This document shows, in pieces, positions 36,334 to 45,675 of a stretch of 64,000 nucleotides of DNA. The translations under genes and the position numbers were made by a program. The stretch is taken from positions 1 to 64,000 of IMG/VR virus record IMGVR_UViG_3300030116_004105; one strand, given 5' to 3'. Position 1 is the first letter of the stretch, and each line of letters starts with the position of its first letter. This stretch comes from an uncultured virus (IMG/VR IMGVR_UViG_3300030116_004105) (lineage: Duplodnaviria > Heunggongvirae > Uroviricota > Caudoviricetes). The notes beneath the pieces are model-generated. The model did no database searches, was not told the origin of the DNA, and saw nothing but the letters and a program-made list of their open reading frames with translations.

Positions 36334-37494
36334 CTATCGTAGAGATTTTCTCATAGTGTCAAAATTAACAGCTTTTGAGGTACCTCTACTTGGTCTGGAA
36401 CCAGTTTTTTTCGTACTCTTTATAACGTCTGCCAACTTCCGTGTTGATTTAGTTGTTGACTGACGTTCAAACGCTGAAAAATCCCACTTTAGGACTGTAG
36501 CTAAATATGCTATTTTTAAATCAAACTCAGGATCTTTTTCACGTAATCTCATAATTTCGTTCTTACCCTGTCTGTCTAATTTAGTTATACCCTTATATAA
36601 ATTGTCTTTATCTTTTGGTGACAATTTAAATCCAGGTAAAATTTCTTCTTTTTTACCGATGTGATCTTTTAAATCTACTAACCATTTTTCATGAGCTTCA
36701 ATTCTTTGTTGTTGCTCAAGTTTTTTGTTTTGCACAAACTGTTCTTTCTCTTGCTTTTGCATTTCAACTAAAGATGATAATGCTTCCTCCGCTTCTTCAT
36801 GGAGTACTCCTGCATCTTCGTAACGTTGAATCTTTTTATTTGCACGTTCTTCAGACCAACCTGTTTTTATTAAAAGATCTCTCACTACATTCTTTTGTAA
36901 TGAATCGCTTTTTTGCAAGGCCTCCACTGATATAGCTTCATACGCTTGCTCTTTATTTTGCATATTTATTAAATCTCCTAGAGGGACACCTGCCTCATAG
37001 TTATCTAATAAATATTTAATTTCTGACGGGATAGTATCCTTATACTCATTTACTTTATATTCAATGGTTTCAGAAATCTTGCTTAATAACCACTCATCGT
37101 TTTCTTCAAACTCTTCGTCTTTGAAATCAATTAGGCCTTTATCTCTCTGCATTTCTGCAAAGATTCTAAAAGCATTTTCCGTTTCTTCTTCAGTTTCGCT
37201 AGCTTCAGTTGTTTCTGAAACCGGCTCTTCTTTATCTTCTGTTTTAGTTTCTGAAGCGGGTTCATCTTTGATTTCTTCTTTTACTTCTTCCGAAGGTTCT
37301 ACTTCTTCTACTTTAACCTCTTCTTTTTTCTCTTCAGGTATTTCATCAACTTCCTGAATTTTTAGTTGAGGTTCAAAGATAGATGGTGATTCATCTTTTT
37401 CTTTGTCTTTTTTGGCATCCTCATCAGGATTTACAGTGATGTTTTGCAACACACTTAAATCCAATCCTTCTAATGCATCTTCTCCAATTGCCAT
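36334..37494 (-). CDS. Putative scaffolding protein
   Basis: Highly acidic N-terminus and helical body; lies between portal and MCP. Confidence 0.6.
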   Translation of the reverse strand: MAIGEDALEGLDLSVLQNITVNPDEDAKKDKEKDESPSIFEPQLKIQEVDEIPEEKKEEVKVEEVEPSEEVKEEIKDEPASETKTEDKEEPVSETTEASETEEETENAFRIFAEMQRDKGLIDFKDEEFEENDEWLLSKISETIEYKVNEYKDTIPSEIKYLLDNYEAGVPLGDLINMQNKEQAYEAISVEALQKSDSLQKNVVRDLLIKTGWSEERANKKIQRYEDAGVLHEEAEEALSSLVEMQKQEKEQFVQNKKLEQQQRIEAHEKWLVDLKDHIGKKEEILPGFKLSPKDKDNLYKGITKLDRQGKNEIMRLREKDPEFDLKIAYLATVLKWDFSAFERQSTTKSTRKLADVIKSTKKTGSRPSRGTSKAVNFDTMRKSLR

Positions 37495-37516
37495 ATTAAT
37501 AATTTTTATTAGTGAA

Positions 37517-37546
37517 CAAAAATATAAACTTTACGTTTATTATCAA
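37517..37546 (-). promoter_or_regulatory. Bacteroidota primary-sigma promoter for the scaffold/MCP operon
   Basis: Minus strand TTG-N19-TATTTTTG, matching the -33 TTTG / -7 TAnnTTTG consensus. Confidence 0.65.
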
Positions 37547-37599
37547 GACCTCTAAATAATTAAAGGTTTTATTTTATAGCTAAAATATAATGTTCTAGA

Positions 37600-39843
37600 T
37601 TATATTTCGTTTGATTTTTTAGATTCATTATTCATTTTAGCTATTTCCAGTTTCGTACGGTTATCCTCAGTATTGCGAGCATCCTCTCTATTTTCTTTTT
37701 CTTGCTCGAACTTAAGCTTTGCCATTTCCATTTCTTGCTGGGCTTGTTGTTGTTCTCTTGCTTGTTGCAGTTGCATTTCTTGCATTTGCATGCTTCTTTG
37801 CTCAGCTTCTTTTTCAGATTGTTCAATTTTATTTCTAATATCTGACAATGAACTTGAGTTATAAATACTAATAACATCTGATATAGACATCTTATCATTC
37901 TGTAATGAGGCTTGAGTTAAAGATTTTAGAGCTTCTAAAGCCTGTAGATCTTGGGTGGAATTAGATACAAATACTCCATACTCAGAGTATCCAAACTTAT
38001 CTCCTATTAAATTAAAAGTCATTGTAGCTAAATTATCAGTTACATATTGGAACTTTTTTGTTTTTCCTTTGTATACATCTTTTGCTACATCTAGTAATGT
38101 TTGTAATACTCTAACTTTAGTGTGGTTGTGTATCTCATACCATTTTTCTGTAATGTGAGAAGATTGTTGTACAGCTCTTTCTGTTGTACCTACAAGCTCT
38201 GAAGATGTTATACTTCCAAGTCTTTGTCTAGTTACCCCGGATAAAGACTGCACTTTACTTTCTACAAACTCTAATAATTGTATATGTTGTTGTATATAAT
38301 TACCAGTTTCCATATCCAACACTTTATTTTGTGTAGATATATTACCTGCTAATTTACCAGTGGACTGTCCTTTCTTTCCTTCATTAAAAGAATCTACAAA
38401 ACCAAACTTCATTGATTGTGCATAGTACATCCACTTTTCTACTTCCCATCCATCAGGAACTAGTGACAAATCTATAAGAGCGATCTTACCCTGGTTAGCA
38501 GATATTGCTAACTCTAATCTGTACCATAACGTGATATACAAATATACCCATGGAACTAATCTATCCATGAGTGAAACTGACTGTGAGTTATTAGCATTAT
38601 AAACTGTACCCACATATCCAGATTTACAAACAGATAAATTATCCATTCGTCTAAACTGTTGTCTTTTTGGTCTAATGTTTACATAAGTGCTTTCACCAAT
38701 CTTGGTTCCCTCCCAGTATTCATTAACCCACATGTATTCTATTTCCTCTCCAGCTTCTTGATCTAATTTATAGCTTTCATTAACTATAGTTTCTTGTCTT
38801 AAACCTAGCTCATCAATATAAGTTAGCTTACCTATTTTACGCATGGATTTCCAAGTTATTTTTGTAACTCGGATATTACCATCTTGATCGTAGTAGTTAA
38901 ATAGATTACTGTCTGAACCTGCATCAGGATCTAAATCTTGTATGTATAGTTTTTCAGGTGTAGGATAGTTTAGTATACTTTGACTATCCATGCTACCTCT
39001 CATGCCTTGTTCTTTTTCTAACTTATCTATTTGTGCAGGAGTAAGATCTTCGTAATAATTATCTATGATAGTATTAAGGGACATAAATGTATCCTCAACT
39101 ATTACTTCTGCGTCATCTACATAATCAGAGTTATGTGGTAATAAACAATAAAACTCTAGAGGATTTACTCTACGAGCACTAGGTTCTTGTGCTACTTGTT
39201 CTATATTATATATTTCTTCACCAGCTATCAAAGCGTCTTCCCATCCAGTTCTAAACATTGTCTTTAAGTCTAGATCTCTTTCTAGGAAACTAAGAAGTTT
39301 GTGAGCTACCGACTCATTCATATCTTGAAAGTCGTAGCTAAAGTATTTTTCTAATCGTTTTAGATTCTCAGGTATACTATTTGAAAGCTGTTCTGGACTA
39401 GCTTGTGGATTTTGTTGGGACGCTTGATCTCTATATTGATTTATGAGACCGGCAAACATATCCACCACAGCATTCTGCATCTCCTCTTCTTTACTAGTAA
39501 TTGCGTCTTCATTTACAGAACGAACTACGTAGCTAAATTTACGCTTGGCTTCTTCACCAAATAGTAAATTAAATATTGGAGATACAATATCATAGTATTG
39601 TAAAGTTGCAGGAAGTTCTGCAACTCCGCCCAGGCCTAGGGGATCTGTAACATATTCTAGATCCTTTTTATCAAACTGACCATTATAAAGATCGTAGTTC
39701 CGCTTTTTCTTAAAGCGAGAACTACGTCTTGTATGATCATATATACCTATTAAACCTAAAGCAGATTCTATGCATTCTTCTCCCCACTTTTGAGTCTTTT
39801 TCCTTCGACTCAGTTTTTGTCTGGGAAAATCTATACGAGGCAT
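37600..39843 (-). CDS. Portal protein
   Basis: 747 aa. FPRQKLS...KT-KW, NYDLYNG and WVNEYWEG-KIG motifs; Q-rich C-terminal coil; terminase-portal-MCP synteny. Confidence 0.85.
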   Translation of the reverse strand: MPRIDFPRQKLSRRKKTQKWGEECIESALGLIGIYDHTRRSSRFKKKRNYDLYNGQFDKKDLEYVTDPLGLGGVAELPATLQYYDIVSPIFNLLFGEEAKRKFSYVVRSVNEDAITSKEEEMQNAVVDMFAGLINQYRDQASQQNPQASPEQLSNSIPENLKRLEKYFSYDFQDMNESVAHKLLSFLERDLDLKTMFRTGWEDALIAGEEIYNIEQVAQEPSARRVNPLEFYCLLPHNSDYVDDAEVIVEDTFMSLNTIIDNYYEDLTPAQIDKLEKEQGMRGSMDSQSILNYPTPEKLYIQDLDPDAGSDSNLFNYYDQDGNIRVTKITWKSMRKIGKLTYIDELGLRQETIVNESYKLDQEAGEEIEYMWVNEYWEGTKIGESTYVNIRPKRQQFRRMDNLSVCKSGYVGTVYNANNSQSVSLMDRLVPWVYLYITLWYRLELAISANQGKIALIDLSLVPDGWEVEKWMYYAQSMKFGFVDSFNEGKKGQSTGKLAGNISTQNKVLDMETGNYIQQHIQLLEFVESKVQSLSGVTRQRLGSITSSELVGTTERAVQQSSHITEKWYEIHNHTKVRVLQTLLDVAKDVYKGKTKKFQYVTDNLATMTFNLIGDKFGYSEYGVFVSNSTQDLQALEALKSLTQASLQNDKMSISDVISIYNSSSLSDIRNKIEQSEKEAEQRSMQMQEMQLQQAREQQQAQQEMEMAKLKFEQEKENREDARNTEDNRTKLEIAKMNNESKKSNEI

Positions 39844-39852
39844 AAATTATGT

Positions 39853-40242
39853 TTAGTCTACTTCTAGTAGTAAAAACTCTACTGTAGGAGTGTTAGCTGA
39901 TGATTTAACTTGAATCTTAGTATTATCTGCTGTTGGGTAAAAGAAAAACTCACCCGGAGATAATCTTGCAAAAACTTGATCTCCATCATCTGCAAAGATT
40001 AAGTCGTCAGTTGAATCAATATTTTTAGCATATACATATGCTTTTTTACCTCCTTGAGTAGATCCTGATAAAGCTTCTACATTAATATCTGCGAAACTAG
40101 TACTAGTTATCATTGTTGTTAAACCTTGTCGGTTATCACCATCTATTGTTAAAGCATCTGATACAGTTTTAGATAAATTAATAGAATTAAATAAATCTGT
40201 ACTGGTAATGCTAAATGTTACGTTTAGTGTTGCACTTGCCAT
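39853..40242 (-). CDS. Small beta-rich structural protein, paralog 1
   Basis: Similar to the neighbouring gene (AYVYAKN, LSPGEFFFYP, VEFLLLE). Confidence 0.65.
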   Translation of the reverse strand: MASATLNVTFSITSTDLFNSINLSKTVSDALTIDGDNRQGLTTMITSTSFADINVEALSGSTQGGKKAYVYAKNIDSTDDLIFADDGDQVFARLSPGEFFFYPTADNTKIQVKSSANTPTVEFLLLEVD

Positions 40243-40260
40243 ATCTATATTATTTTAAAA

Positions 40261-40671
40261 TTATGCTGCTTTTTCCATTAGTACATATTCAACTACAGGG
40301 TTACCTGCAGCTGCTTCAATATCTATATCCTGCATATCCGAGATAGGCATAAACATAAACTCGCCAGGTCCTAAAACTGCAAACCAGTCACCTGCTCCTG
40401 AGTCTGTACCGTGAGTTGCGCATAATCCAATTTTAACATATTCACCAGACGTGCTACTTAAATTGTGTAAAAATACGTATGCTCTATCGTCTGTACCATC
40501 TAAAGCTTTTAATGATATATTATCTTCTGTTCCTGAACCAGTAGTCACCAAGCGGCCTACTAGCATTTGATCCCCTGCAGGAGAAAGTGAGTCTGTCTCT
40601 GTAAAGCTTACTGTCTGCTTTGCAAACAAGTCTGAGCTAGAAAGACTCAATGTTACATTTACTGTTGCCAT
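40261..40671 (-). CDS. Small beta-rich structural protein, paralog 2
   Basis: AYVFLHN, LGPGEFMFMP, VEYVLME. Confidence 0.65.
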   Translation of the reverse strand: MATVNVTLSLSSSDLFAKQTVSFTETDSLSPAGDQMLVGRLVTTGSGTEDNISLKALDGTDDRAYVFLHNLSSTSGEYVKIGLCATHGTDSGAGDWFAVLGPGEFMFMPISDMQDIDIEAAAGNPVVEYVLMEKAA

Positions 40672-40706
40672 ATTAATATTTTTTAAAATTCGCGAATTAC
40701 AATGGA

Positions 40707-40737
40707 CAAAAATATAAATTTTAACAATTGTTCCAAA
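40707..40737 (-). promoter_or_regulatory. Bacteroidota primary-sigma promoter upstream of the paralog pair and portal
   Basis: Minus strand TTTG-N19-TATTTTTG. Confidence 0.7.
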
Positions 40738-40779
40738 TAATAATCTACGAAATTAGATTTTTAATTATAGACTTTATAG

Positions 40780-42891
40780 CTAAAACTTTTTTGTACCTCT
40801 TGAAAAAAGTTTCTTATTCCAGAAACCTTGATCATATATAGTAGATACTTTCTTTTCTTTTTCTACTTTAATTTTTTTCACCTCTTCTAGATGATACATA
40901 ACCATCATCATAGCCATGACCCTATCAAAGTTGCCATAATTATTGTAAGCAATAAGTTCTTTTAGTAAACCTACACTACGTATTCTATGTAAATTTAATA
41001 GGCCATCTGTTTCATAAGGCTCCAACAACCACATTTTTATAAGTTCCTCACCGTAAGATTTTAACTGTTTAGACATATGCATACCTTTTTGTCTAGAAAC
41101 TTTACTGTGTTGCACAACATCTTTAATAATCTCAGGCTGATCAGATAAAAGATATGTTTCATGTTTATGTTCTAAATACTGAAACAGTCCTTTTCTTTCA
41201 TTCTCATACAAACACTTTGCATTATAAAACTTAAGTAGACGCCTAACATTTTCATAATACTGATTTGCAGTATCTGGTCTGCCTGTATATTCTGCTACTA
41301 TTCTGTTTGTAAGTTTATTTAGTATCAGTGTAGATCCTAACGAAGAGGTGGTAGATTCATCATGATCATAAGGGTCAGTACCTGCAAGATACATGCCATA
41401 AGGAATATCTCCATCTCTGTCTTCATAAGGCATTTCATATATTAACACACACCCTGCTATATCATCAGTTCCTCTTACAGGAAACTCATATATGGGTTTT
41501 AGCTTTGGATCTGGTTTCCATTTTATTTTTTTAGAGGCAGAATCTATATAAAGTTTTCCTACATAATCATGGTTGCGTTCTCTATTAGAAGACTCTAACT
41601 CTGCTAATCTATTTAGTAAATCTGCCACTGGAAACAGGTTACCTGTACGTGTAAGAAATACTTCTGATGGTACAAGCGGTCTGTTTTGTAGTTCTGCATC
41701 AAGAGCACTCCTTGCATTCTTACCTTTTTTTAGTTTTTCTCTAAACTTATCTAGATAATCTTTTGCTGGTTGTTCTTGCGTATTTCCATTTTTATCTTTA
41801 AATTGGTTTAAACCTCTATATGCAGGTACAAAATAAGAGATCTTTCCTTTATTTTCCCACTCGTCATTGAACGAGATCATGTCATAGACATCAGGGTTAT
41901 AAAACATATCGCGGGCGTCAACGGTACCCCCGCCTTCCATATCACCCCCCGTGCCTAAATACATGCAGCTTCCAAACTTGTATGCCCCGTTTTTCATACA
42001 CTCCACGGAAGCTTCATGTGAGGCTTTTAAGTTATTAAACATACCAATCTCTTCCATTACCATTACAGCAGGACGAGTACCATTGGCAGCAAATGGATTA
42101 TCTTTAAATGTTCTATGTTTTATTTTGGATTTTGTACCTAGAAGTTTCCAGGTACCTCCCAACTTTTTCTTGTACTCGGCAACTATTTCTTTACCAGAGT
42201 ACCAACTACCCCCATATTGTTTAGAAAAAGGGGAGGGGTAAAATTTATCTCCAATTTCTATGCCACCTGGTAAATTATCTAAACCAAATTGCGTTTTCTT
42301 TAATATATCTCCAGAATATTTAGCATCTCCTGCGCCAACAACTATTTCTGTAGATGGAGTGTTATTTATAGAATCTGGATCATAAGACTTCATACCATCA
42401 AATACAAACTCATGCCCTGCAACTCCACCAGCTACAGAATATGACTTACCAAATCCACGGCTACCCATCATCATAAAGTTCTTAGCTTCATTATCAAACA
42501 ATGGTTTACCTAAATGTTTTTTGTGTATCTTTCTTAAATATTCTCTAGCTGGTATATAATTATCTTGGCCTATGTAATCTCTATTACAAGTGTAGGTATC
42601 ATCTTCAAAACCAGAGAATCCTCTAGCCTCAACCCAGTTGTAAAAAAATTCCCATTCAAGATCTCGTAGAAAAGGTTTGCCAGGTGTTTTGCTTTTAGAG
42701 TGCGCAGTCTTATTTAAAAGTATAGTCCAGTAATTTATGTAAAAATATAAATTACCAGGCATCCATTTACCTCCAGCCCAACATCCTTCAATACATTTTC
42801 TTTTTTCTTCTCTCCAGAATAAAAGATACTCTTCACTTGCAGGGTGTAGTTTTGGTATTTCAGTGAGTATAAAAGCTTTATTAGAAATCAT
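40780..42891 (-). CDS. terL: Terminase large subunit
   Basis: Walker A GSRGFGKS, Walker B VMEEIG, GTGG motif, nuclease GTDPYD and NFDRV. Confidence 0.9.
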   Translation of the reverse strand: MISNKAFILTEIPKLHPASEEYLLFWREEKRKCIEGCWAGGKWMPGNLYFYINYWTILLNKTAHSKSKTPGKPFLRDLEWEFFYNWVEARGFSGFEDDTYTCNRDYIGQDNYIPAREYLRKIHKKHLGKPLFDNEAKNFMMMGSRGFGKSYSVAGGVAGHEFVFDGMKSYDPDSINNTPSTEIVVGAGDAKYSGDILKKTQFGLDNLPGGIEIGDKFYPSPFSKQYGGSWYSGKEIVAEYKKKLGGTWKLLGTKSKIKHRTFKDNPFAANGTRPAVMVMEEIGMFNNLKASHEASVECMKNGAYKFGSCMYLGTGGDMEGGGTVDARDMFYNPDVYDMISFNDEWENKGKISYFVPAYRGLNQFKDKNGNTQEQPAKDYLDKFREKLKKGKNARSALDAELQNRPLVPSEVFLTRTGNLFPVADLLNRLAELESSNRERNHDYVGKLYIDSASKKIKWKPDPKLKPIYEFPVRGTDDIAGCVLIYEMPYEDRDGDIPYGMYLAGTDPYDHDESTTSSLGSTLILNKLTNRIVAEYTGRPDTANQYYENVRRLLKFYNAKCLYENERKGLFQYLEHKHETYLLSDQPEIIKDVVQHSKVSRQKGMHMSKQLKSYGEELIKMWLLEPYETDGLLNLHRIRSVGLLKELIAYNNYGNFDRVMAMMMVMYHLEEVKKIKVEKEKKVSTIYDQGFWNKKLFSRGTKKF

Positions 42892-43409
42892 ATTAATCCC
42901 TTCTCGGAGGCTGATTCTTCAGCTCCACCTTTTGTAGCACCTTCGTTATTTTCTTTATCCACGAGTTTAAGAAGACGTTCATAATCCTCAAACAATTTAA
43001 CATTTGTTTTAAGTAGTCCTTCAATAGTATCTGCATTATCTTCATAAGTAAGTGTATCTAAATATAAAGTTTTCTCATCCATCTTTTTATTCCATACCAT
43101 TAGTTGTCTTTTAGCAGGGCTTATTAAAGACCTTTCATAAAAAACTATGGCATCCTTATATATATCCCAGTTAAATTTTTCATCTTTTAGATAGTCTTTA
43201 GCAATCATTGACTGTCTATTATTATAGGATATATTTGAAAATTTAGAATCAGGGTCCACTAAAAGAGCAATAGCCCACATTACCTGTGAGCTTTTGCTTT
43301 TAGATTTGCTTTTATCTTGTTTATAGATAACAGCAAACGGAAGGGGGATTTTTAGTTGAGGATTAATTTTCCAAAAATTCGCATCGGTGTCAAATCCATT
43401 AAGTATCAT
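42888..43409 (-). CDS. Hypothetical protein, candidate terminase small subunit
   Basis: 173-aa helical protein overlapping the terL start; function by position only. Confidence 0.45.
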   Translation of the reverse strand: MILNGFDTDANFWKINPQLKIPLPFAVIYKQDKSKSKSKSSQVMWAIALLVDPDSKFSNISYNNRQSMIAKDYLKDEKFNWDIYKDAIVFYERSLISPAKRQLMVWNKKMDEKTLYLDTLTYEDNADTIEGLLKTNVKLFEDYERLLKLVDKENNEGATKGGAEESASEKGLI

Positions 43410-43681
43410 TTTACAATACCTAAAACATCAAACATGTTCATTTGGAAATACTCTACATCTTCTACCTTAACCATAAACCCTTGGCCTTTTGGTATAACAA
43501 TATCTCCAACTTTAACCGATTTAACTTCTTTACTGACTGCTACAACCTTAGCATGCCCATCTCTTTTGTCTCTTTCTTCTTTTAACATAGACTCGGATTT
43601 AATAATCCCGCCATCTGTTTCTCTCGCCACTTCTGGCATTTCAACAACTATATGTTGTCCTAAAGGTTCGTACTTAATCAT
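43406..43681 (-). CDS. groES: GroES-like co-chaperonin
   Basis: YEPLGQHIVVE...ETDGGII...VVAVS...VKVGDIV...DVLGIV. Confidence 0.8.
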   Translation of the reverse strand: MIKYEPLGQHIVVEMPEVARETDGGIIKSESMLKEERDKRDGHAKVVAVSKEVKSVKVGDIVIPKGQGFMVKVEDVEYFQMNMFDVLGIVK

Positions 43682-43684
43682 AAT

Positions 43685-43924
43685 TTACCATTTTTTAAGT
43701 GGGCAGTGTGATTGCATTGATCTTGTTTTTGCAACCAATGGACACCCACATTTTTTACATCTACTCTTAACATTGTATTCACAAGTTGCACATATTGCAG
43801 CTCTTGCTTTTGCAATTTTTTCTATGTGTTCATTTGGGAATACAACGTTTTTCCAACCGTTATATATCTCAGACAGTTTTGAAGCAACTGTGCTGGCGTT
43901 ATCTTTCTTTGGTTCGTTTTCCAT
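43685..43924 (-). CDS. Small Cys-rich zinc-finger protein
   Basis: RAAICATC...CKKCGCPL-AK-R...CPLKKW. Confidence 0.7.
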   Translation of the reverse strand: MENEPKKDNASTVASKLSEIYNGWKNVVFPNEHIEKIAKARAAICATCEYNVKSRCKKCGCPLVAKTRSMQSHCPLKKW

Positions 43925-44108
43925 TTTTATAATAACTAAATCTATTCTTTTTTACTGTAAAAATGCCTAAGTGTTTTAATCTAATTGATTTAAAATTACC
44001 AGACTCTATTGCATCTTTTAATAACCCAAATTGAGCTTTAATAATTAACTCTGTTCTAAACTCACTAATATTATACTTCTTAGCTAACTTCTTTACTATT
44101 TTGTCCAT
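43899..44108 (-). CDS. HU/IHF-like DNA-binding protein
   Basis: Helical N-terminus followed by SIRLKHLGIFTVK, typical of the HU fold. Confidence 0.65.
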   Translation of the reverse strand: MDKIVKKLAKKYNISEFRTELIIKAQFGLLKDAIESGNFKSIRLKHLGIFTVKKNRFSYYKNGKRTKER

Positions 44109-44443
44109 GTTAACTTGTAAGTTACCTCTATACCATCTTTTTTAATAGCACTTAAGATATTTGGGTTTATCTTTTTTTCTACAATCATTTGCTTTTTTCT
44201 AAGCATAGTAATATGATTATTAAAAGATGCTTCAGACATTCCAATTTGTTTTCTAACAAGTTTTCTAACTGGAGTGGAAAATAATTTTTTATTCACCTCT
44301 TTGTTATCTCTGTTAGACTGCCATATAGATAAAAAACTAGATAGCACTTCTATTTCTTTATCCTTTAGTTTTAATATAGGATTAAGAACTTGAAGATATG
44401 CCTTCATAGATTTTGGTATGTCACTATTAATTGGAATTATCAT
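44096..44443 (-). CDS. Putative winged-HTH DNA-binding protein
   Basis: LKDKEIEVL...RKLVRKQIGMSEASFNNHITMLRKKQMI...INP. Confidence 0.55.
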   Translation of the reverse strand: MIIPINSDIPKSMKAYLQVLNPILKLKDKEIEVLSSFLSIWQSNRDNKEVNKKLFSTPVRKLVRKQIGMSEASFNNHITMLRKKQMIVEKKINPNILSAIKKDGIEVTYKLTWTK

Positions 44444-44461
44444 GCTCCAAATATAATAAAA

Positions 44462-45235
44462 TTAATTATAATCCAACATGTTTATAATTTCTTTACTATA
44501 GTCTGCACATTTAATAAGTTTATACTTAGCATTATTTTCATTAAACCAAACTATAAAACAATCTTCTATTTTAAGTTTAGTTTCGTACTCTATTATATAT
44601 TTATATAAGGAAAGTTGTAATGAGTATGTAGAAAATTCACACTCGTCTAGGTGGGAAACAGGGCCAAGCATCTTTTTTTGGTACCTGCTTTTGTAATTCA
44701 TTTTTTTGTTTGTCTTCCAGTCAAATATAACAAGCCCTTCAAGAGGAGTTGAATAGTAGAGCTGGTCAACCATACCGCATATCCCAAGATCGCGAGAACC
44801 AACGCACAACTCAGAGCGAATAGGTATAAGGCTTTCTTTTGATTCTTCATAAAATTCTATAAAGTAGGATTCAATCTTATCGTATGCCTTTTGATCTAGA
44901 TCAAAGTCATACATTGTATTGGTGAGTATCTTATTATTTATGTAGTTTTCTGCAAAAGCGTGGAATTTACTACCCTTATTACATGCACGTAAACTAATTG
45001 AATCCCACTTATCAAGAATATCTTGCAGTTTTACATTTTCTTTTTCTGCAGAACGGGCTGCCCAAAAGTCTCTCTCAAAAGTTTCTTTAAATTGCCCAAT
45101 GAAGGTGGTCACAGATGTAGCTTGTTTACCCCCCACAGTATACGTGTGCCCCCTTTCTGTGAACACTACTTCATTAAACTTATTTAATTCCTTAAAAATA
45201 TCAATCTTCACACCCTTCTCCATCTTCATACACAC
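44462..45235 (-). CDS. PD-(D/E)XK exonuclease (true start probably ~20-30 nt downstream of the annotated ATG)
   Basis: HTY...SVTT, GSKFH, E...GMVDQL...IFDWKT and YSLQLSLY motifs. Confidence 0.8.
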   Translation of the reverse strand: MCMKMEKGVKIDIFKELNKFNEVVFTERGHTYTVGGKQATSVTTFIGQFKETFERDFWAARSAEKENVKLQDILDKWDSISLRACNKGSKFHAFAENYINNKILTNTMYDFDLDQKAYDKIESYFIEFYEESKESLIPIRSELCVGSRDLGICGMVDQLYYSTPLEGLVIFDWKTNKKMNYKSRYQKKMLGPVSHLDECEFSTYSLQLSLYKYIIEYETKLKIEDCFIVWFNENNAKYKLIKCADYSKEIINMLDYN

Positions 45236-45308
45236 ATTCTTCTTCAGCAGTAGAATCTGTTATCCAAGATTCCCATATTATCTTTGCTTGTTCTTTTGGA
45301 TCTGTCAT
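45201..45308 (-). CDS. Small acidic 35-aa peptide
   Basis: Reads MTDPKEQAKIIWESWITDSTAEEECVYEDGEGCED*; first ORF of the leftward arm. Confidence 0.45.
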   Translation of the reverse strand: MTDPKEQAKIIWESWITDSTAEEECVYEDGEGCED

Positions 45309-45481
45309 ATCTCACACTTAATTGTTAAAAGAAAAGTGGCCAAAAGAAAACCAAACTGAAATGCCACTAACTTTTCAATCGGGAGAGTCATTGATGGTTC
45401 AACTCTCAAACATCAAACGAAGATACTTGTCTGTTCCAACAATCGTCTCTGATTGAAGTGCTAGTTCGGTAACTCAGTTTG

Positions 45482-45489
45482 CAAACGTA
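45482..45489 (-). promoter_or_regulatory. Leftward -7 element (TACGTTTG) at the strand switch
   Basis: Matches TAnnTTTG and is preceded by long A/T tracts; no clear -33 box. Confidence 0.5.
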
Positions 45490-45675
45490 AAAAAAATTTT
45501 TTTATAAAAAAAATATTTTCTGAGAAAATGAGTGTGTGGACCTCCTAACCTGCTACCCCTACCAAGTTTTGGTTGGATCAAACACCCCCGGGTGTTCGAC
45601 TCCACCCAATCGTGAAAGGCAGTAACGGTTGCTAGCTGTTGCTGCTATATTTATTAACCCTAAATAATATAAACT

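Noticed and set aside
44462..45235. Cas4 or CRISPR adaptation gene
   Set aside because: PD-(D/E)XK motifs are present but the C-terminal Fe-S Cys cluster is absent; it looks like an ordinary phage exonuclease.
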